Positions 31,797 to 44,423 of a stretch of 64,000 nucleotides of DNA are shown piece by piece (positions within the stretch are counted from its first letter, which is position 1; every line of letters begins with the position of its first letter). A program made the translations under genes and the position numbers. The notes below the pieces were generated by a model. That model did no database searches and was not told the DNA's origin. It worked only from the letters and a program-made list of their open reading frames with translations. Location: the NCBI RefSeq assembly GCF_003790525.1, contig NZ_CP033635.1. The stretch is one strand, 5' to 3'. This DNA is from Escherichia coli. Its GTDB lineage: Bacteria > Pseudomonadota > Gammaproteobacteria > Enterobacterales > Enterobacteriaceae.

Positions 31797-34226
31797 TTAT
31801 GCCTGAACAGCTGGCTGATCAAACGCCGTTAACTTCGGTGCATTGCCCGTATATTTTTCGATATACACCAGCGCAGAGTTACCGGCACAGGCATTTGCCA
31901 GCTGAGAGCTGGGGATATCCGCCGTTAACACGTTCGCACTGCCGTTTTTACACAAGCCACTTTCCAGATCTGGCCATGCACCTTCATGCACGCATACCAC
32001 GCCTTTTTTGATCCCGTCAGTCACCACCGCGCCTGTCAGAATCTGACCACGTTTGTTCCAGACACGCACCAGATCGCCATTCGCAATACCAAAGCGAGCA
32101 GCATCTTCGGTGTGAATAGTGATCGGTTCACGATCGGCAACCGCATATTTTTTACGCAGTTCCGCATAGTTAAGCTGACTGTGTAAACGGTGTGCCGGAT
32201 GCGCGGTCAAAAGCTGCAACTGCTTCTCATCGGCGGTACCTTTCCACTCATCAGGCGCAAGCCAGGTTGGGTGTGCCGGGCAATCTTTATAGCCAAATTT
32301 TTCCAGCGTTTTGGAGTAAATCTCAATTTTGCCGCTTGGCGTACCCAGCGCATTTTTCACCGGATCGGCGCGGAAATCACCATAACGAACGTACTGTTCG
32401 TTCTTCTCGCTGCGGCGCATTTCGATCAGTTTATTTTGCTGCCAGAAAGCATTAAACATCGGCATAGTCACGCGTTGCGCACGCGCACCTTTCTGAGCGG
32501 CATCATAGAAAAATTTCAGCCACGCCATTTCATCTTTACCTTCGGTATAGATCTCTTTTCCGCCAGGTTTGAGTAATTCAGCAAGATCGGCAAACACATC
32601 AAAATCGTTACGCGCTTCAAATTGCGGAGCCACAGCCTGCTTCATCGGCACAATATGCTGGTTGCTGTAATCACCGGTCATCGTTAAGTCATTTCGCTCA
32701 AACGATGTGGTGATCGGTAATACGATATCTGCATGTTTAGCAGCTGCGGTCCAGTAGCATTCAGAAACGACGATCATCTCCGGTTTCTGCCATGCTTTAA
32801 TCAGACGATTAGTATCCTGGTGATGGGTAAAGTTACCGCCACCCGCCCACCAGATCATTTTGATATTCGGATACGTTTGTTCTTTACCGTTATGCTGATA
32901 TTTGCCGCCAGGATTTTCCAGCGCATCGACGATACGGGCAACAGGAATCGCCGTCATTCCGCCATCATCAGCGGCCTCGCTGGCCTGTCCGGCAATCGCC
33001 GCAGACATTTCCGGCAGCACGCCGCCAACACGCGTCGGGTTGCCACCATTGGAGTAATGATAAGAGAAACCAAAACCGCCGCCCGGTGTACCAATCTGCC
33101 CTAACATCGCCGCCAGCGTCACCAGCATCCAGTGTTTCTGTTCACCATATTGCTGGCGCTGAATTCCCCAGCCTGCCATCAGCATTGTGCGATTCGCCGC
33201 CATCAGTTCAGCGAGTTTGACTATCTGCGCTTCCGGTACGCCAGTAATTTCCGCCGCCCAGGCCGCGCTCTTCGGCGTATTATCGCTCTTACCTATCAGA
33301 TACTCTTCAAACTGCGGGTAGCCGGTGGTGTATTTTTCCAGGAAGGCCTTATCGTGCTTACCTTGTACCATCAAGGTGTGCGCAATCCCTAACATCAACG
33401 CCACGTCGGTACCCATATTTGGGGCGATCCAGGTGGCGTTATCGCCAAAGAACTCGATTGTTTCGGAACGGATAGGGTCGATGGCAATCACAGGTTTGCC
33501 CGATTTTTTCAGCTGATGGAAGTATTCCAGCCCTTGTTCATCGGTACTGCTCCAGGCAATTTTTAAGGTATTCAGCGGGTTCATCCCCCACAGCACCACA
33601 ACCTGGCTGTTTTCCAGAATCAGCGGCCAGGAGGTCTGCTGTTCATACACCTCTACAGAACCGACCACATGCGGCATGATCACCTGTGCTGCCCCGGTTG
33701 AATAATCGCCGCTATGCCCGGAATAACCGCCCGCCAGGTTCATATAACGTTGCAGTAAGGTTTGCGCTTTATGCAACACGCCAGAAGAGCGCCAGCCGTA
33801 AGATCCGGCAAAAATGGCCGATGGTCCGTTAGCTTTACGAATACGATCGTGTTGCTCATGAATCAGTTTTAATGCTTGCTCCCAGCTCACCTGTACATAG
33901 ATATCTTCGCCACGACCTTTCGCCGGTTGCAGTGGATTATCGAGATAGCTTTTTCTCACCATCGGATGCTGAATACGCGCCGTGGTGTGTACCTGATCCG
34001 CCGCCGTAGACTGTAAGGAGTTCGGTATGGTTTTCGCCAGCGCGCCTGTCGAAGAAACAATCTTGCCGTCCTTCACTTCTACGTTCATCGCTCCCCTACG
34101 GCCCGCGGTGAGAATTTTGCCGCCCTTCTCTTCTGCCCATGCAGGTAACGGTGCAGCCGATGTCACCACCAGCGCCCCTGCCGCAATACCGCTATGTTTA
34201 ATAAATTCACGTCTTGTTAATGTCAT
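31797..34226 (-). CDS. torZ: TMAO/biotin sulfoxide reductase catalytic subunit TorZ (molybdopterin)
   Basis: Start at [31 protein letters not shown] (Tat signal); about 809 aa; followed by torY on the same strand. Confidence 0.9.
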   Translation of the reverse strand: MTLTRREFIKHSGIAAGALVVTSAAPLPAWAEEKGGKILTAGRRGAMNVEVKDGKIVSSTGALAKTIPNSLQSTAADQVHTTARIQHPMVRKSYLDNPLQPAKGRGEDIYVQVSWEQALKLIHEQHDRIRKANGPSAIFAGSYGWRSSGVLHKAQTLLQRYMNLAGGYSGHSGDYSTGAAQVIMPHVVGSVEVYEQQTSWPLILENSQVVVLWGMNPLNTLKIAWSSTDEQGLEYFHQLKKSGKPVIAIDPIRSETIEFFGDNATWIAPNMGTDVALMLGIAHTLMVQGKHDKAFLEKYTTGYPQFEEYLIGKSDNTPKSAAWAAEITGVPEAQIVKLAELMAANRTMLMAGWGIQRQQYGEQKHWMLVTLAAMLGQIGTPGGGFGFSYHYSNGGNPTRVGGVLPEMSAAIAGQASEAADDGGMTAIPVARIVDALENPGGKYQHNGKEQTYPNIKMIWWAGGGNFTHHQDTNRLIKAWQKPEMIVVSECYWTAAAKHADIVLPITTSFERNDLTMTGDYSNQHIVPMKQAVAPQFEARNDFDVFADLAELLKPGGKEIYTEGKDEMAWLKFFYDAAQKGARAQRVTMPMFNAFWQQNKLIEMRRSEKNEQYVRYGDFRADPVKNALGTPSGKIEIYSKTLEKFGYKDCPAHPTWLAPDEWKGTADEKQLQLLTAHPAHRLHSQLNYAELRKKYAVADREPITIHTEDAARFGIANGDLVRVWNKRGQILTGAVVTDGIKKGVVCVHEGAWPDLESGLCKNGSANVLTADIPSSQLANACAGNSALVYIEKYTGNAPKLTAFDQPAVQA

Positions 34227-34250
34227 AACTTCCTCCCTGATCAACGAGGA

Positions 34251-35351
34251 TCACTGTTTCTCGGTAATATCTTTGGCGTTGTACTGGAAGTACCGCGTCA
34301 AAATGTCCAGTTCGTTTTCGCTCATGCTGGTTCGCGCACCCATTCCTTTGGCAATGGACGGCCATGTATTGACGGTGTAATGGTCGGCGGCAATAGGGGC
34401 ATGGCAGCCAGCGCAATAGGTATCGTCAAGTTTTTCAGCGTATTGCCATAGCGGTTTACGGTCCGCTAATGCGGGATCGGTAAGCGCACCCTGTAAAGAC
34501 GCCTGACGCCATTGATTGCCGTATTCGTCAGCCTGCCATTCCCCGTTTACCGCTAGCGCCTTGATACCTTCTTCACTTAATGTGGCTAGCGCCAGCCGTT
34601 GACCTGCCGCCCGGTAGAGCGTGTTTTCACTGCCCTGCATTTGATAACCCTGCAACCGAACAATTGGCTGTTTGCCACTGGCATCAACGACGGTGAGATC
34701 GGTACCAGGAGTCACGGTAGCCAGTTCGCCTATGCGAGAAGTTTTGAAAGGATAAATATGTGCGCCATTAGTCACTGAAGTAGCGGCCTGACTTTCCAGC
34801 TCATGCGCCGCGTTGTCATCCATTTTTATTTCTGGCGGGAAATGGGCAATGCCTTTATGGCAATCGATACAAGTTTCGCCGTCCTTTTGCGCTTTATTAT
34901 GCATTTTCTGCGCAGATTCACTTTGCGAAGCAATATCCATGGCATCAAAAGAATGGCAACTACGGCAGGTTGCAGAGTCAGTTGCTTTTAATTCTTTCCA
35001 TACTGTTTCGGCCATTTCCTGGCGATGAGCTTCGAACTTATCGTCACTGTCTATTTTGCCGCTAACAAATTCATGATAAATATCTTTAGATGCTTTTAAT
35101 TTAGCAAATAAATAATCCATCCCTGACTTTGGAATATGGCAATCGGCACATTCCGCACGTATACCTTTCTGGTTCGAAAAGTGGGCAGTTCCCTGATATT
35201 CCTCAAAAGGTTTACTCATCGAGTGGCAGGAAAGACAAAATGCGGTATCCGACGTTTTATGTAAGGCTTTTTGCGCCAGCAATAACCCGCCGCCACCAAC
35301 CACAACCGCTATCAGCAAAAACAATAACCCAATGCGTTTTTTCCCTCGCAT
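34251..35351 (-). CDS. torY: Membrane-anchored pentahaem c-type cytochrome TorY (NapC/NirT family)
   Basis: 366 aa; multiple CxxCH haem motifs (CLSCH, CADCH, CRSCH, CIDCH, CAGCH). Confidence 0.9.
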   Translation of the reverse strand: MRGKKRIGLLFLLIAVVVGGGGLLLAQKALHKTSDTAFCLSCHSMSKPFEEYQGTAHFSNQKGIRAECADCHIPKSGMDYLFAKLKASKDIYHEFVSGKIDSDDKFEAHRQEMAETVWKELKATDSATCRSCHSFDAMDIASQSESAQKMHNKAQKDGETCIDCHKGIAHFPPEIKMDDNAAHELESQAATSVTNGAHIYPFKTSRIGELATVTPGTDLTVVDASGKQPIVRLQGYQMQGSENTLYRAAGQRLALATLSEEGIKALAVNGEWQADEYGNQWRQASLQGALTDPALADRKPLWQYAEKLDDTYCAGCHAPIAADHYTVNTWPSIAKGMGARTSMSENELDILTRYFQYNAKDITEKQ

Positions 35352-35657
35352 AGATTCCTCTAATTAAATTCCAGGACACCGACACCATTGTATAAATAAA
35401 TATACAACGAATTGACTACTTGCTTAATTCGGCACAACACTGCCTGAAATAATCGATAAAGAATATGATTTATTACAATGTAATCATTAATTGCTAAGGA
35501 ATAACCCAGTTGTTATTTAGAATATATATTTGTCAGTTTTGGCAATTTAAATCACATAATGAATGTGAATATATAAAATATTTTTAGCACAACGCTATGC
35601 GCACTGTCACCCGCTCAACAGATCACGGCAATCGTTCGTTTTTTATACTGCTCAGGG

Positions 35658-35692
35658 ATAAAAAAAGGCCCCTGTTGAAATTGCAGGGGCCT
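35658..35692 (-). terminator. Rho-independent terminator downstream of cutC
   Basis: AGGCCCCTG..CAGGGGCCT hairpin with an A-run on the plus strand (T-run on minus). Confidence 0.5.
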
Positions 35693-35738
35693 GGTACGAG
35701 CAAGCATCATATTGGGCGACATGATGCAACGGTAAAAA

Positions 35739-36494
<756 letters not shown>

Positions 36495-36498
36495 TTAG

Positions 36499-37065
36499 TT
36501 ACGCCGACTGCTCGCTGGCAACGATCTCTTCAATGGACCACGGATGAAACTTAATGGTTGTTTTACCATCGGTGACCGCCAGCGTCGGATTCGGTAATCG
36601 TTCATGCTCACCTTTTGGCGAACTGGTTTTAACTGAGATCCCCGGCAGGCTGAGTCCTTCATCAGAAAGCAATGCCAGCGCACGGGCATTCAGCGTTTCT
36701 GGATCACCCGGCAGAACGATTTCAATATGTTCCCAACCTTCGTGCGGGTAACGTTTTTCCCCAGGCCACGGTAGCTCCACAATGGAAAACTGCCAGTGAG
36801 CAACCTGTACCGGTTCATGCAATTTAAACAGACAAATCGGTCTGCCATTGATCATATTTTCTGACAAAAGCTCGCCGCACTGTTCAAACCCGCGACGCCA
36901 GCGCTCAGCGGTGGCGTTTTGATGGCAACGCAAGGAAATGTGATCGGCAGTCAGCGGAGTGATATCCAACCCCAGACGGCGGGAAAGTTCATCTAATGCG
37001 TGGGTAAATCGCGGTAAATCCGATGCAATATCCTGCAGCTCGTCGATAGATTGCCAGTTCGCCAT
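36499..37065 (-). CDS. yecM: YecM (VOC-fold protein)
   Basis: About 188 aa starting MANWQSIDEL; between cutC and argS as in K-12. Confidence 0.85.
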   Translation of the reverse strand: MANWQSIDELQDIASDLPRFTHALDELSRRLGLDITPLTADHISLRCHQNATAERWRRGFEQCGELLSENMINGRPICLFKLHEPVQVAHWQFSIVELPWPGEKRYPHEGWEHIEIVLPGDPETLNARALALLSDEGLSLPGISVKTSSPKGEHERLPNPTLAVTDGKTTIKFHPWSIEEIVASEQSA

Positions 37066-37280
37066 AATCACTCTTCGTCTTCCAGTAAAAGCGTTAATTT
37101 ACCCTGTTGCCCTGCGCCAACCAACCGCTGATTTCACGCCGCTTCTGATGCAATAGTGAAAACGACAATACGCCACGCACACGTTGCTGACGAAAACAGC
37201 CATTTGCAGTATACTCCCGCCCTAATTTCTTTAACTGGTGCGGGCAAATTTTGCTCGCTTCATCAATGTAAGGTATTCCG

Positions 37281-39014
37281 GTGAATATTCAGGCTCTTCT
37301 CTCAGAAAAAGTCCGTCAGGCCATGATTGCGGCAGGCGCGCCTGCGGATTGCGAACCGCAGGTTCGTCAGTCAGCAAAAGTTCAGTTCGGCGACTATCAG
37401 GCTAACGGCATGATGGCAGTTGCTAAAAAACTGGGTATGGCACCGCGACAATTAGCAGAGCAGGTGCTGACTCATCTGGATCTTAACGGTATCGCCAGCA
37501 AAGTTGAGATCGCGGGTCCTGGCTTTATCAACATTTTCCTTGATCCGGCATTCCTGGCTGATCATGTTCAGCAGGCGCTGGCGTCCGATCGTCTCGGTGT
37601 TGCTACGCCAGAAAAACAGACCATTGTGGTTGACTACTCTGCGCCAAACGTGGCGAAAGAGATGCATGTCGGTCACCTGCGCTCTACCATTATTGGTGAC
37701 GCAGCAGTTCGTACTCTGGAGTTCCTCGGTCACAAAGTGATTCGCGCAAACCACGTCGGCGACTGGGGCACTCAGTTCGGTATGCTGATTGCGTGGCTGG
37801 AAAAGCAGCAGCAGGAAAACGCCGGTGAAATGGAGCTGGCTGACCTTGAAGGTTTCTACCGCGATGCGAAAAAGCATTACGACGAAGATGAAGAGTTTGC
37901 CGAGCGTGCACGTAACTACGTGGTAAAACTGCAAAGCGGTGACGAATATTTCCGCGAGATGTGGCGCAAACTGGTCGACATCACCATGACGCAGAACCAG
38001 ATCACCTACGATCGTCTCAACGTGACGCTGACCCGTGATGACGTGATGGGTGAAAGCCTCTACAACCCAATGCTGCCGGGTATCGTAGCGGACCTGAAAG
38101 CCAAAGGTCTGGCAGTAGAAAGTGAAGGCGCGACCGTCGTATTCCTTGATGAGTTCAAAAACAAGGAAGGCGAACCGATGGGCGTGATCATTCAGAAGAA
38201 AGATGGTGGCTATCTCTACACCACCACTGATATCGCCTGTGCGAAATATCGTTATGAAACACTGCATGCCGATCGCGTGCTGTATTACATCGACTCCCGT
38301 CAGCATCAACACCTGATGCAGGCGTGGGCTATCGTCCGCAAAGCAGGCTATGTACCGGAATCCGTACCGCTGGAACACCACATGTTCGGCATGATGCTGG
38401 GTAAAGACGGCAAACCGTTCAAAACCCGCGCGGGTGGTACAGTGAAACTGGCAGACCTGCTGGATGAAGCCCTGGAACGCGCACGCCGTCTGGTGGCAGA
38501 GAAGAACCCGGATATGCCAGCCGATGAGCTGGAAAAACTGGCTAATGCGGTTGGTATTGGTGCGGTTAAATACGCAGATCTCTCCAAAAACCGTACCACT
38601 GACTACATCTTCGACTGGGACAACATGCTGGCGTTTGAGGGTAATACCGCGCCATACATGCAGTATGCTTACACGCGTGTATTGTCCGTGTTCCGTAAAG
38701 CAGAAATTGACGAAGAGCAACTGGCTGCAGCTCCGGTAATCATCCGTGAAGATCGTGAAGCACAACTGGCAGCTCGCCTGCTGCAGTTTGAAGAAACCCT
38801 CACTGTGGTTGCCCGTGAAGGCACGCCGCATGTGATGTGTGCTTACCTGTACGATCTGGCCGGTCTGTTCTCTGGCTTCTACGAGCACTGCCCGATCCTC
38901 AGCGCAGAAAACGAAGAAGTGCGTAACAGCCGTCTGAAACTGGCACAACTGACGGCGAAGACGCTGAAACTGGGTCTGGATACGCTGGGTATTGAGACAG
39001 TAGAGCGTATGTAA
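37281..39014 (+). CDS. argS: Arginine--tRNA ligase
   Basis: 577 aa; class I aaRS HIGH-type motif ([15 protein letters not shown]) and KMSK-like region; highly conserved. Confidence 0.95.
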   Translation: MNIQALLSEKVRQAMIAAGAPADCEPQVRQSAKVQFGDYQANGMMAVAKKLGMAPRQLAEQVLTHLDLNGIASKVEIAGPGFINIFLDPAFLADHVQQALASDRLGVATPEKQTIVVDYSAPNVAKEMHVGHLRSTIIGDAAVRTLEFLGHKVIRANHVGDWGTQFGMLIAWLEKQQQENAGEMELADLEGFYRDAKKHYDEDEEFAERARNYVVKLQSGDEYFREMWRKLVDITMTQNQITYDRLNVTLTRDDVMGESLYNPMLPGIVADLKAKGLAVESEGATVVFLDEFKNKEGEPMGVIIQKKDGGYLYTTTDIACAKYRYETLHADRVLYYIDSRQHQHLMQAWAIVRKAGYVPESVPLEHHMFGMMLGKDGKPFKTRAGGTVKLADLLDEALERARRLVAEKNPDMPADELEKLANAVGIGAVKYADLSKNRTTDYIFDWDNMLAFEGNTAPYMQYAYTRVLSVFRKAEIDEEQLAAAPVIIREDREAQLAARLLQFEETLTVVAREGTPHVMCAYLYDLAGLFSGFYEHCPILSAENEEVRNSRLKLAQLTAKTLKLGLDTLGIETVERM

Positions 39015-39028
39015 TCGCGTTATACGGC

Positions 39029-39064
39029 AAAAGCCGATGTCATGGCAGACATCGGCTTTTTTAT
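39029..39064 (+). terminator. Rho-independent terminator after argS
   Basis: GCCGATGTC..GACATCGGC hairpin followed by TTTTTTAT. Confidence 0.6.
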
Positions 39065-39066
39065 CA

Positions 39067-39462
39067 TTAACGATAATTCACAATCACTTCATTCCGTTGT
39101 ACCTTTAGCGGCGGAATTAACCGCCCACCGCCAGGCACTTCCCAGATAAAGCGCAACGGTTCTGCCGCCGGTATACCGGAAAAGGCCACGGTGGTTCCGC
39201 TCTGCCCCTCTAATTCGACACAACGAGATTGTGAACACAAGCGAACCCGCAGCCCTACGGGAGTTGGGCCGATAAGCTGATAACGCCACGCCACCAGCGT
39301 CATCAATCCTGAAGCAGGTTGTCGAGTAGAAAGAGGCGCTGACGACATCGACTCACCACGGTGATTCAGCGTAACGCCCACACTACTCGCCTGCCACATC
39401 CCCTCTCCGGCGGCTTGCACCAGCAGCGGAAACAATAATATTGCTAATAAGGTTCTCATCAT
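39067..39462 (-). CDS. flhE: Flagellar protein FlhE
   Basis: 131 aa with signal peptide; last gene of flhBAE; 4-nt overlap with flhA. Confidence 0.85.
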   Translation of the reverse strand: MMRTLLAILLFPLLVQAAGEGMWQASSVGVTLNHRGESMSSAPLSTRQPASGLMTLVAWRYQLIGPTPVGLRVRLCSQSRCVELEGQSGTTVAFSGIPAAEPLRFIWEVPGGGRLIPPLKVQRNEVIVNYR

Positions 39463-41537
39463 TTACCGCCAATTGTCGCCGTCATGCGGATATGTCGGTT
39501 ATCAGACAGTTCCAGATTCGACAGCACCACTAACTGCGGCAGACTGCGGCGCAGGAAGCGAGACAATAAAGGTCGCAGCGCGTGGTTCACCAATAAAACT
39601 GGCGGCGCACCCAACATCTCCTGACGGGATAGCGCTTCCTGAGTTTGCGCCAGTAAACGATCCGCCAGCCCTGGCTCCAGTCCGCCCCCGCCCTGCAGCG
39701 CCTGTAGTAACAAACGTTCCAGCGGTGTATCGAGGCCAATAACATGGACTTCATCTTTGCCAGGAAACCACTGCTGGGTAATCGCCCGTCCCAACGCCAC
39801 GCGCACGACGGCGGTTAATTCATGTGGATCGCTTTGGATGGGCGCATGTTCCGCCAGCGTTTCGAGAATAGTGCGCATATCGCGAATCGGTACTTTTTCA
39901 TCGAGCAGATTTTGCAGCACTTTATGCAGTGTGGTGAGCGTGACGACGCCAGGAACGAGATCTTCCGTCAGCTTTGGCATCTCCTGGGCGACGCGATCCA
40001 GCAGCTGTTGCGCCTCCTGACGACCAAACAGCTCTGCGGCATGCTGGCTAATGAGGTGGTTAAGATGCGTTGCCACCACCGTGCTGGCCTCAACCACGGT
40101 GTATCCCTGAATCTGCGCCTGTTCTTTAAGCGCACTTTCAATCCAGATAGCATTCAGGCCAAATGCCGGATCGACGGTCGCCTCACCAGGTAACGTCCCG
40201 GCAGCGGTACCAGGGTTAATCGCCAACCAACGCCCCGGATAAGCATCACCACTGCCTATCTCCACGCCTTTCATCAAAATGCGATAGCGGGCAGGTTGCA
40301 GATCCATATTGTCGCGAATGTGCACCACCGGCGGCAGAAACCCCATCTCCTGGGCAAATTTCTTGCGAATACTGCGTATACGGCCCAGCAACTCACCATC
40401 CTGCTGGAAATCGACCATCGGGATCAGGCGATAACCCACTTCCATTCCCAGAGAATCTTCCAGTTGTACATCGTTCCACGTCGCTTCGACAACGGTATTA
40501 TTCTCTGCCATTTTTACCGGTTTTGGTTCGGCAGGCGCTTTTTGTTCACGTCCACGGATCCACCAGGCCAGCCCCAGCAATCCGGCAGTGAACAGCAAAA
40601 ATACCAGGTTTGGCATTCCAGGCACCAGGCCGAGTAAACCGAGCACGGCGGCGCTTAACAACATAACGCTTGGGTTACTGAAAAGCTGATTCACCATCTG
40701 CTCGCCAACATCCTGATCGGTGCTGACACGCGTAACGATGACCCCCGCGGCGGTAGAAATCACCAACGCCGGAATTTGTGCCACCAGACCGTCGCCAATG
40801 GTCAATAGCGTATAACTTTCCGCCGCGTGTCCCATGCTCATGCCATGTTGCAGCACGCCGACCAGCAACCCGCCGACAACGTTAATGACCATGATGAGGA
40901 TCCCGGCGATGGCATCGCCGCGAACAAACTTACTTGCCCCATCCATTGAGCCGTAAAAATCGGCTTCCTGAGTCACTTCGGAGCGGCGTTTTTTCGCCTC
41001 ATCTTCACCAATCAATCCAGCGTTAAGGTCGGCGTCAATCGCCATCTGCTTACCCGGCATGCCATCGAGAACAAAGCGCGCACCCACTTCTGCGATACGC
41101 CCGGCACCTTTGGTAATGACCATAAAGTTGATGATCACGAGAATGACAAACACCACGATACCGATAGCGAAATTGCCACCAACGAGGAAGTGACCGAACG
41201 CTTCGACCACCTTTCCAGCCGCCGCCGCGCCGGTATGCCCTTCCATCAAAATGATACGGGTTGAAGCCACGTTAAGTGCCAGACGCAACAGCGTGGTAAA
41301 CAACAGGATGGTCGGAAACGCAGCAAACTCAAGCGTGCGCTGGGTAAACATCGCCACCAGCAACACCATGATCGACAAGGCAATATTGAAGGTAAACAGC
41401 AGGTCGAGTATGAATGCGGGCAGTGGCAGTACCATCATCGACAAGATCAACAGGATCAAAATCGGTCCGGCAAGGATCTGCCATTGTGTCGATTTCAGGT
41501 TTGCGGGCAGGCGCAGCATCGCGGCCAGATTACTCAT
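39459..41537 (-). CDS. flhA: Flagellar type III export apparatus protein FlhA
   Basis: 692 aa; N-terminal polytopic membrane domain and large cytoplasmic domain; canonical. Confidence 0.95.
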   Translation of the reverse strand: MSNLAAMLRLPANLKSTQWQILAGPILILLILSMMVLPLPAFILDLLFTFNIALSIMVLLVAMFTQRTLEFAAFPTILLFTTLLRLALNVASTRIILMEGHTGAAAAGKVVEAFGHFLVGGNFAIGIVVFVILVIINFMVITKGAGRIAEVGARFVLDGMPGKQMAIDADLNAGLIGEDEAKKRRSEVTQEADFYGSMDGASKFVRGDAIAGILIMVINVVGGLLVGVLQHGMSMGHAAESYTLLTIGDGLVAQIPALVISTAAGVIVTRVSTDQDVGEQMVNQLFSNPSVMLLSAAVLGLLGLVPGMPNLVFLLFTAGLLGLAWWIRGREQKAPAEPKPVKMAENNTVVEATWNDVQLEDSLGMEVGYRLIPMVDFQQDGELLGRIRSIRKKFAQEMGFLPPVVHIRDNMDLQPARYRILMKGVEIGSGDAYPGRWLAINPGTAAGTLPGEATVDPAFGLNAIWIESALKEQAQIQGYTVVEASTVVATHLNHLISQHAAELFGRQEAQQLLDRVAQEMPKLTEDLVPGVVTLTTLHKVLQNLLDEKVPIRDMRTILETLAEHAPIQSDPHELTAVVRVALGRAITQQWFPGKDEVHVIGLDTPLERLLLQALQGGGGLEPGLADRLLAQTQEALSRQEMLGAPPVLLVNHALRPLLSRFLRRSLPQLVVLSNLELSDNRHIRMTATIGGK

Positions 41538-42678
41538 GGGACGGTTTCTCGTTAATAAAATCCAGGGCTTCCGGCACCGGAAGATGAGTAGGTTGTACAG
41601 GGCGCTGTCCTCCAGCCAGACGCCAGCGTTTCAGTTGCCAGACCCAGGCCAGCACTTCCGCTACCGCGGCGTACAGTTGACCCGGGATTTGTTGACCGAT
41701 CTCCGCATGTCGATACAGCGCTCGCGCCAGCGGCGGCGCTTCAAGCGTAGGGACGTTATTTTCAGCACCAATTTCACGAATGCGCAGCGCGACCAGTCCT
41801 GCACCTTTAGCGACCACTTTCGGTGCGCTCATTTTGTTTTCGTCATACTGCAACGCTACCGAATAGTGGGTTGGGTTATTGACAATGACATCCGCTTTCG
41901 GCACATCGGCCATCATCCGACGCCGCGCGGCAGCTCGCTGCATCTGACGTATCCGCCCTTTAACATGGGGGTCGCCTTCGCTTTGTTTGAACTCATCACG
42001 AATATCCTGCCGCGACATTCGCAGCTTTTTCAGGTGGCTGAAGATTTGGAAAAAGACGTCAAATCCCACCATCGGAATAACACCAAGCACCACCAGCAGT
42101 GCGCATAGCCCTACCAGATCCATCGCATTACCCATGGCGGTAATCGGAGACTCGGCCATTAAGCGCATCATCTGCGGCCAGTGATGCCAGAGAAAAAACC
42201 CCGTCACGCTGCCAACCAGGATGGTTTTCAAAATTGCCTTAAGCAACTCCGCGCCAGTCTGTGCCGAGAACATCCGTTTAATGCCCGGTAGCGGGTTGAG
42301 TTTGGAAAACTTCGGCTGCAAGGATTTGCCGCTAAATACCAGCCCCCCCAGCATAACCGGAGAAATAATCGCCACCAGCACCACGCCGCTAATCAGCGGT
42401 AGCAGCGCCAGCATGGCTTCTCTGATCAGCAGAATAATCTGCCCGAGGATCAAATTCGGGTCATTGATAATACTGTGATCAAAATGCAGCCCAGCGGAGA
42501 GCATGCCCGACAATCGACGGGCCAGCGACACACCGCCAAACCAGATAACACACACGCCCACTAACAAAATCAGCAGCGAGGTCAGTTCACGGGAACGCGG
42601 GATTTGCCCCTCTTCCCGCGCTTTTTCTAGTCGGTGAGGTGTGGGGGCTTCTGTTTTGTCGTCGCTCTCGTCAGACAC
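41530..42678 (-). CDS. flhB: Flagellar export apparatus switch protein FlhB
   Basis: 382 aa; autocleavage motif NPTH present (VIVNNPTHYSVAL). Confidence 0.95.
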   Translation of the reverse strand: MSDESDDKTEAPTPHRLEKAREEGQIPRSRELTSLLILLVGVCVIWFGGVSLARRLSGMLSAGLHFDHSIINDPNLILGQIILLIREAMLALLPLISGVVLVAIISPVMLGGLVFSGKSLQPKFSKLNPLPGIKRMFSAQTGAELLKAILKTILVGSVTGFFLWHHWPQMMRLMAESPITAMGNAMDLVGLCALLVVLGVIPMVGFDVFFQIFSHLKKLRMSRQDIRDEFKQSEGDPHVKGRIRQMQRAAARRRMMADVPKADVIVNNPTHYSVALQYDENKMSAPKVVAKGAGLVALRIREIGAENNVPTLEAPPLARALYRHAEIGQQIPGQLYAAVAEVLAWVWQLKRWRLAGGQRPVQPTHLPVPEALDFINEKPSHE

Positions 42679-42914
42679 GTCGCCAATCCTGGAAAGAGTA
42701 TTAAGCGTAAATGATGCCAGATCGCAAAGCGTTCAATGGTTTGAGTAAGGGGCAAAACAGGCGGGATTTAGGGCGTTTATGCAAAAAACAGGTTCAGTTG
42801 CAGAACGTTTTGCGAACCATTTTCCAGTTCTGATATTTAGCCATTTAGCCTATAGAATCGCCCACCGCCTCTCTGTTAGTTTGCTAATAATTAAATTATT
42901 ACAAAGGCGATCAA

Positions 42915-44423
42915 ATGGAATGGCAACAATTGCTTAACTGCAACCGTCGGAAAGATAATCTAAAAAAAACCAGCATAGAATTTTTACATCCCCTTGCTAG
43001 CGGAAGACAAGAGATCGAGCGGGATTACGACCGATTACTTTTTGCTGCGCCAACTCGTCGGCTTGCGGATAAAACACAAGTTTTCCCGTTAGATCAAAAT
43101 GACAGTATACGGACGAGGCTGACTCATTCTCACGAAGTAGCAAACTTTGCTCGCGGAATAGGAATGAGACTCGCTTTCGAGATGAAGGAACACATCTTTG
43201 GCGAAATACCCACGGGGATTGTCGTTGAACGCGACGTTCCTGCTCTGTTAGCAGCGATCGGACTGGCACACGATCTCGGTAATCCACCATTTGGGCATCA
43301 AGGTGAAGCAGCGATGCGCGCATGGTTTAATAAAAATCTTCCAGGCCTTCTTGATAAAGAAGTAAACAGCGAAATATATAACGACTTTCTGCAATTTGAT
43401 GGAAACTCACAAACCCTACGCCTGGTTACCAAATTACAAATTATTAACGATAACTTTGGTCTGAATCTGACCTATGCCACGCTGGCTGCACTGATCAAAT
43501 ATCCCCGAGCTTCATATTCATCGGACAAACATTGGAAAAAGCACGGTTTTTTCTATTCTGAGCATGAGGTTGTCATGGATGTCTGGCAGCAAACGGGCCT
43601 TGGCGTACCAGGTAATGATGCCGGTTGCCGCCACCCATTTACCTGGATAATGGAAGCTTGCGACGATATTGCCTACTCTGTGCTTGACGCAGAAGATACC
43701 ATCAAGAAAGGATTTGCCTCATACCAGGATTTGCGTGATTTTTTGATGTCACAATCCGAGCCGAACGATGTAATTCAACATGTTATTGAAGCTGTAGAGG
43801 CCAAAAATGACGCCTGGAAAGAGCAAAGAAATGCACTTTCACCGGCGGAAATTAATGAACTCAGTATGCAAATGTTCAGAGTTTATGCCACCAGTGCATT
43901 GATTAATGCCGTAGTAGAAGCCTTTCGCGAACAATTACCCACGCTGATGCAGCGTGACTGCCCGTTCAAAGATTTAATCTCGCAAAGCAAAGGTCACGCT
44001 CTCTGCACTGCCCTGAAAATGTTCGACCGAACACGAGGCTACCTTCATCGTTCAGTCTTGCAACTGGAACTTAGGGGATCTAATTACATTACTAACTTGA
44101 TGGATATGCTCTGGATTGGCATCCATGGACACAAAACAAAGAAACAACGAGACGGAGAACGCGAGTCCGCGTCTGCAGATAACCTTTTTGTTTCTCGTGA
44201 AGAATACCTGTCGGATACTCCCTTTGGTCGCTATGCTTACGGGACAATCTCTGAAAATTATCGCCGTGTGTTTGAAGATCCCGCCAATACACTCCCTGCT
44301 CTTTATAAAGAAGCGCAGTTGCTTACCGACGCAATCTCAGGCATGACGGATAGTTATTTAATGCGCCTTCACGATGAGCTAAAATCACTGTATGAATGTG
44401 GTCTCAAACACCCAACAGCTTGA
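42915..44423 (+). CDS. Dgt-family deoxynucleoside triphosphate triphosphohydrolase (dGTPase-like HD-domain protein), accessory paralog
   Basis: 502 aa; dGTPase family motifs in Dgt order: RRLADKTQVFPL, RTRLTHSHEV, GLAHDLGNPPFGH (HD), FTWIMEACDDIAYSVLDAEDTIKKG, ISGMTDSYLMRLHDEL. AT-rich gene on the strand opposite the flanking flagellar/che genes. Confidence 0.8.
   Translation: MEWQQLLNCNRRKDNLKKTSIEFLHPLASGRQEIERDYDRLLFAAPTRRLADKTQVFPLDQNDSIRTRLTHSHEVANFARGIGMRLAFEMKEHIFGEIPTGIVVERDVPALLAAIGLAHDLGNPPFGHQGEAAMRAWFNKNLPGLLDKEVNSEIYNDFLQFDGNSQTLRLVTKLQIINDNFGLNLTYATLAALIKYPRASYSSDKHWKKHGFFYSEHEVVMDVWQQTGLGVPGNDAGCRHPFTWIMEACDDIAYSVLDAEDTIKKGFASYQDLRDFLMSQSEPNDVIQHVIEAVEAKNDAWKEQRNALSPAEINELSMQMFRVYATSALINAVVEAFREQLPTLMQRDCPFKDLISQSKGHALCTALKMFDRTRGYLHRSVLQLELRGSNYITNLMDMLWIGIHGHKTKKQRDGERESASADNLFVSREEYLSDTPFGRYAYGTISENYRRVFEDPANTLPALYKEAQLLTDAISGMTDSYLMRLHDELKSLYECGLKHPTA

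Noticed and set aside
37452-38948. 498-aa ORF on the minus strand
   Set aside because: Lies entirely antisense within argS, a highly conserved essential gene; typical spurious long antisense ORF.
39015-39066. Expected yecT gene between argS and flhE (present in K-12 by my recollection)
   Set aside because: Only 52 bp, occupied by the argS terminator; yecT is simply absent here, so no feature is called.
41251-42108. 285-aa plus-strand ORF
   Set aside because: Antisense to the flhA/flhB coding sequences; no independent signals.
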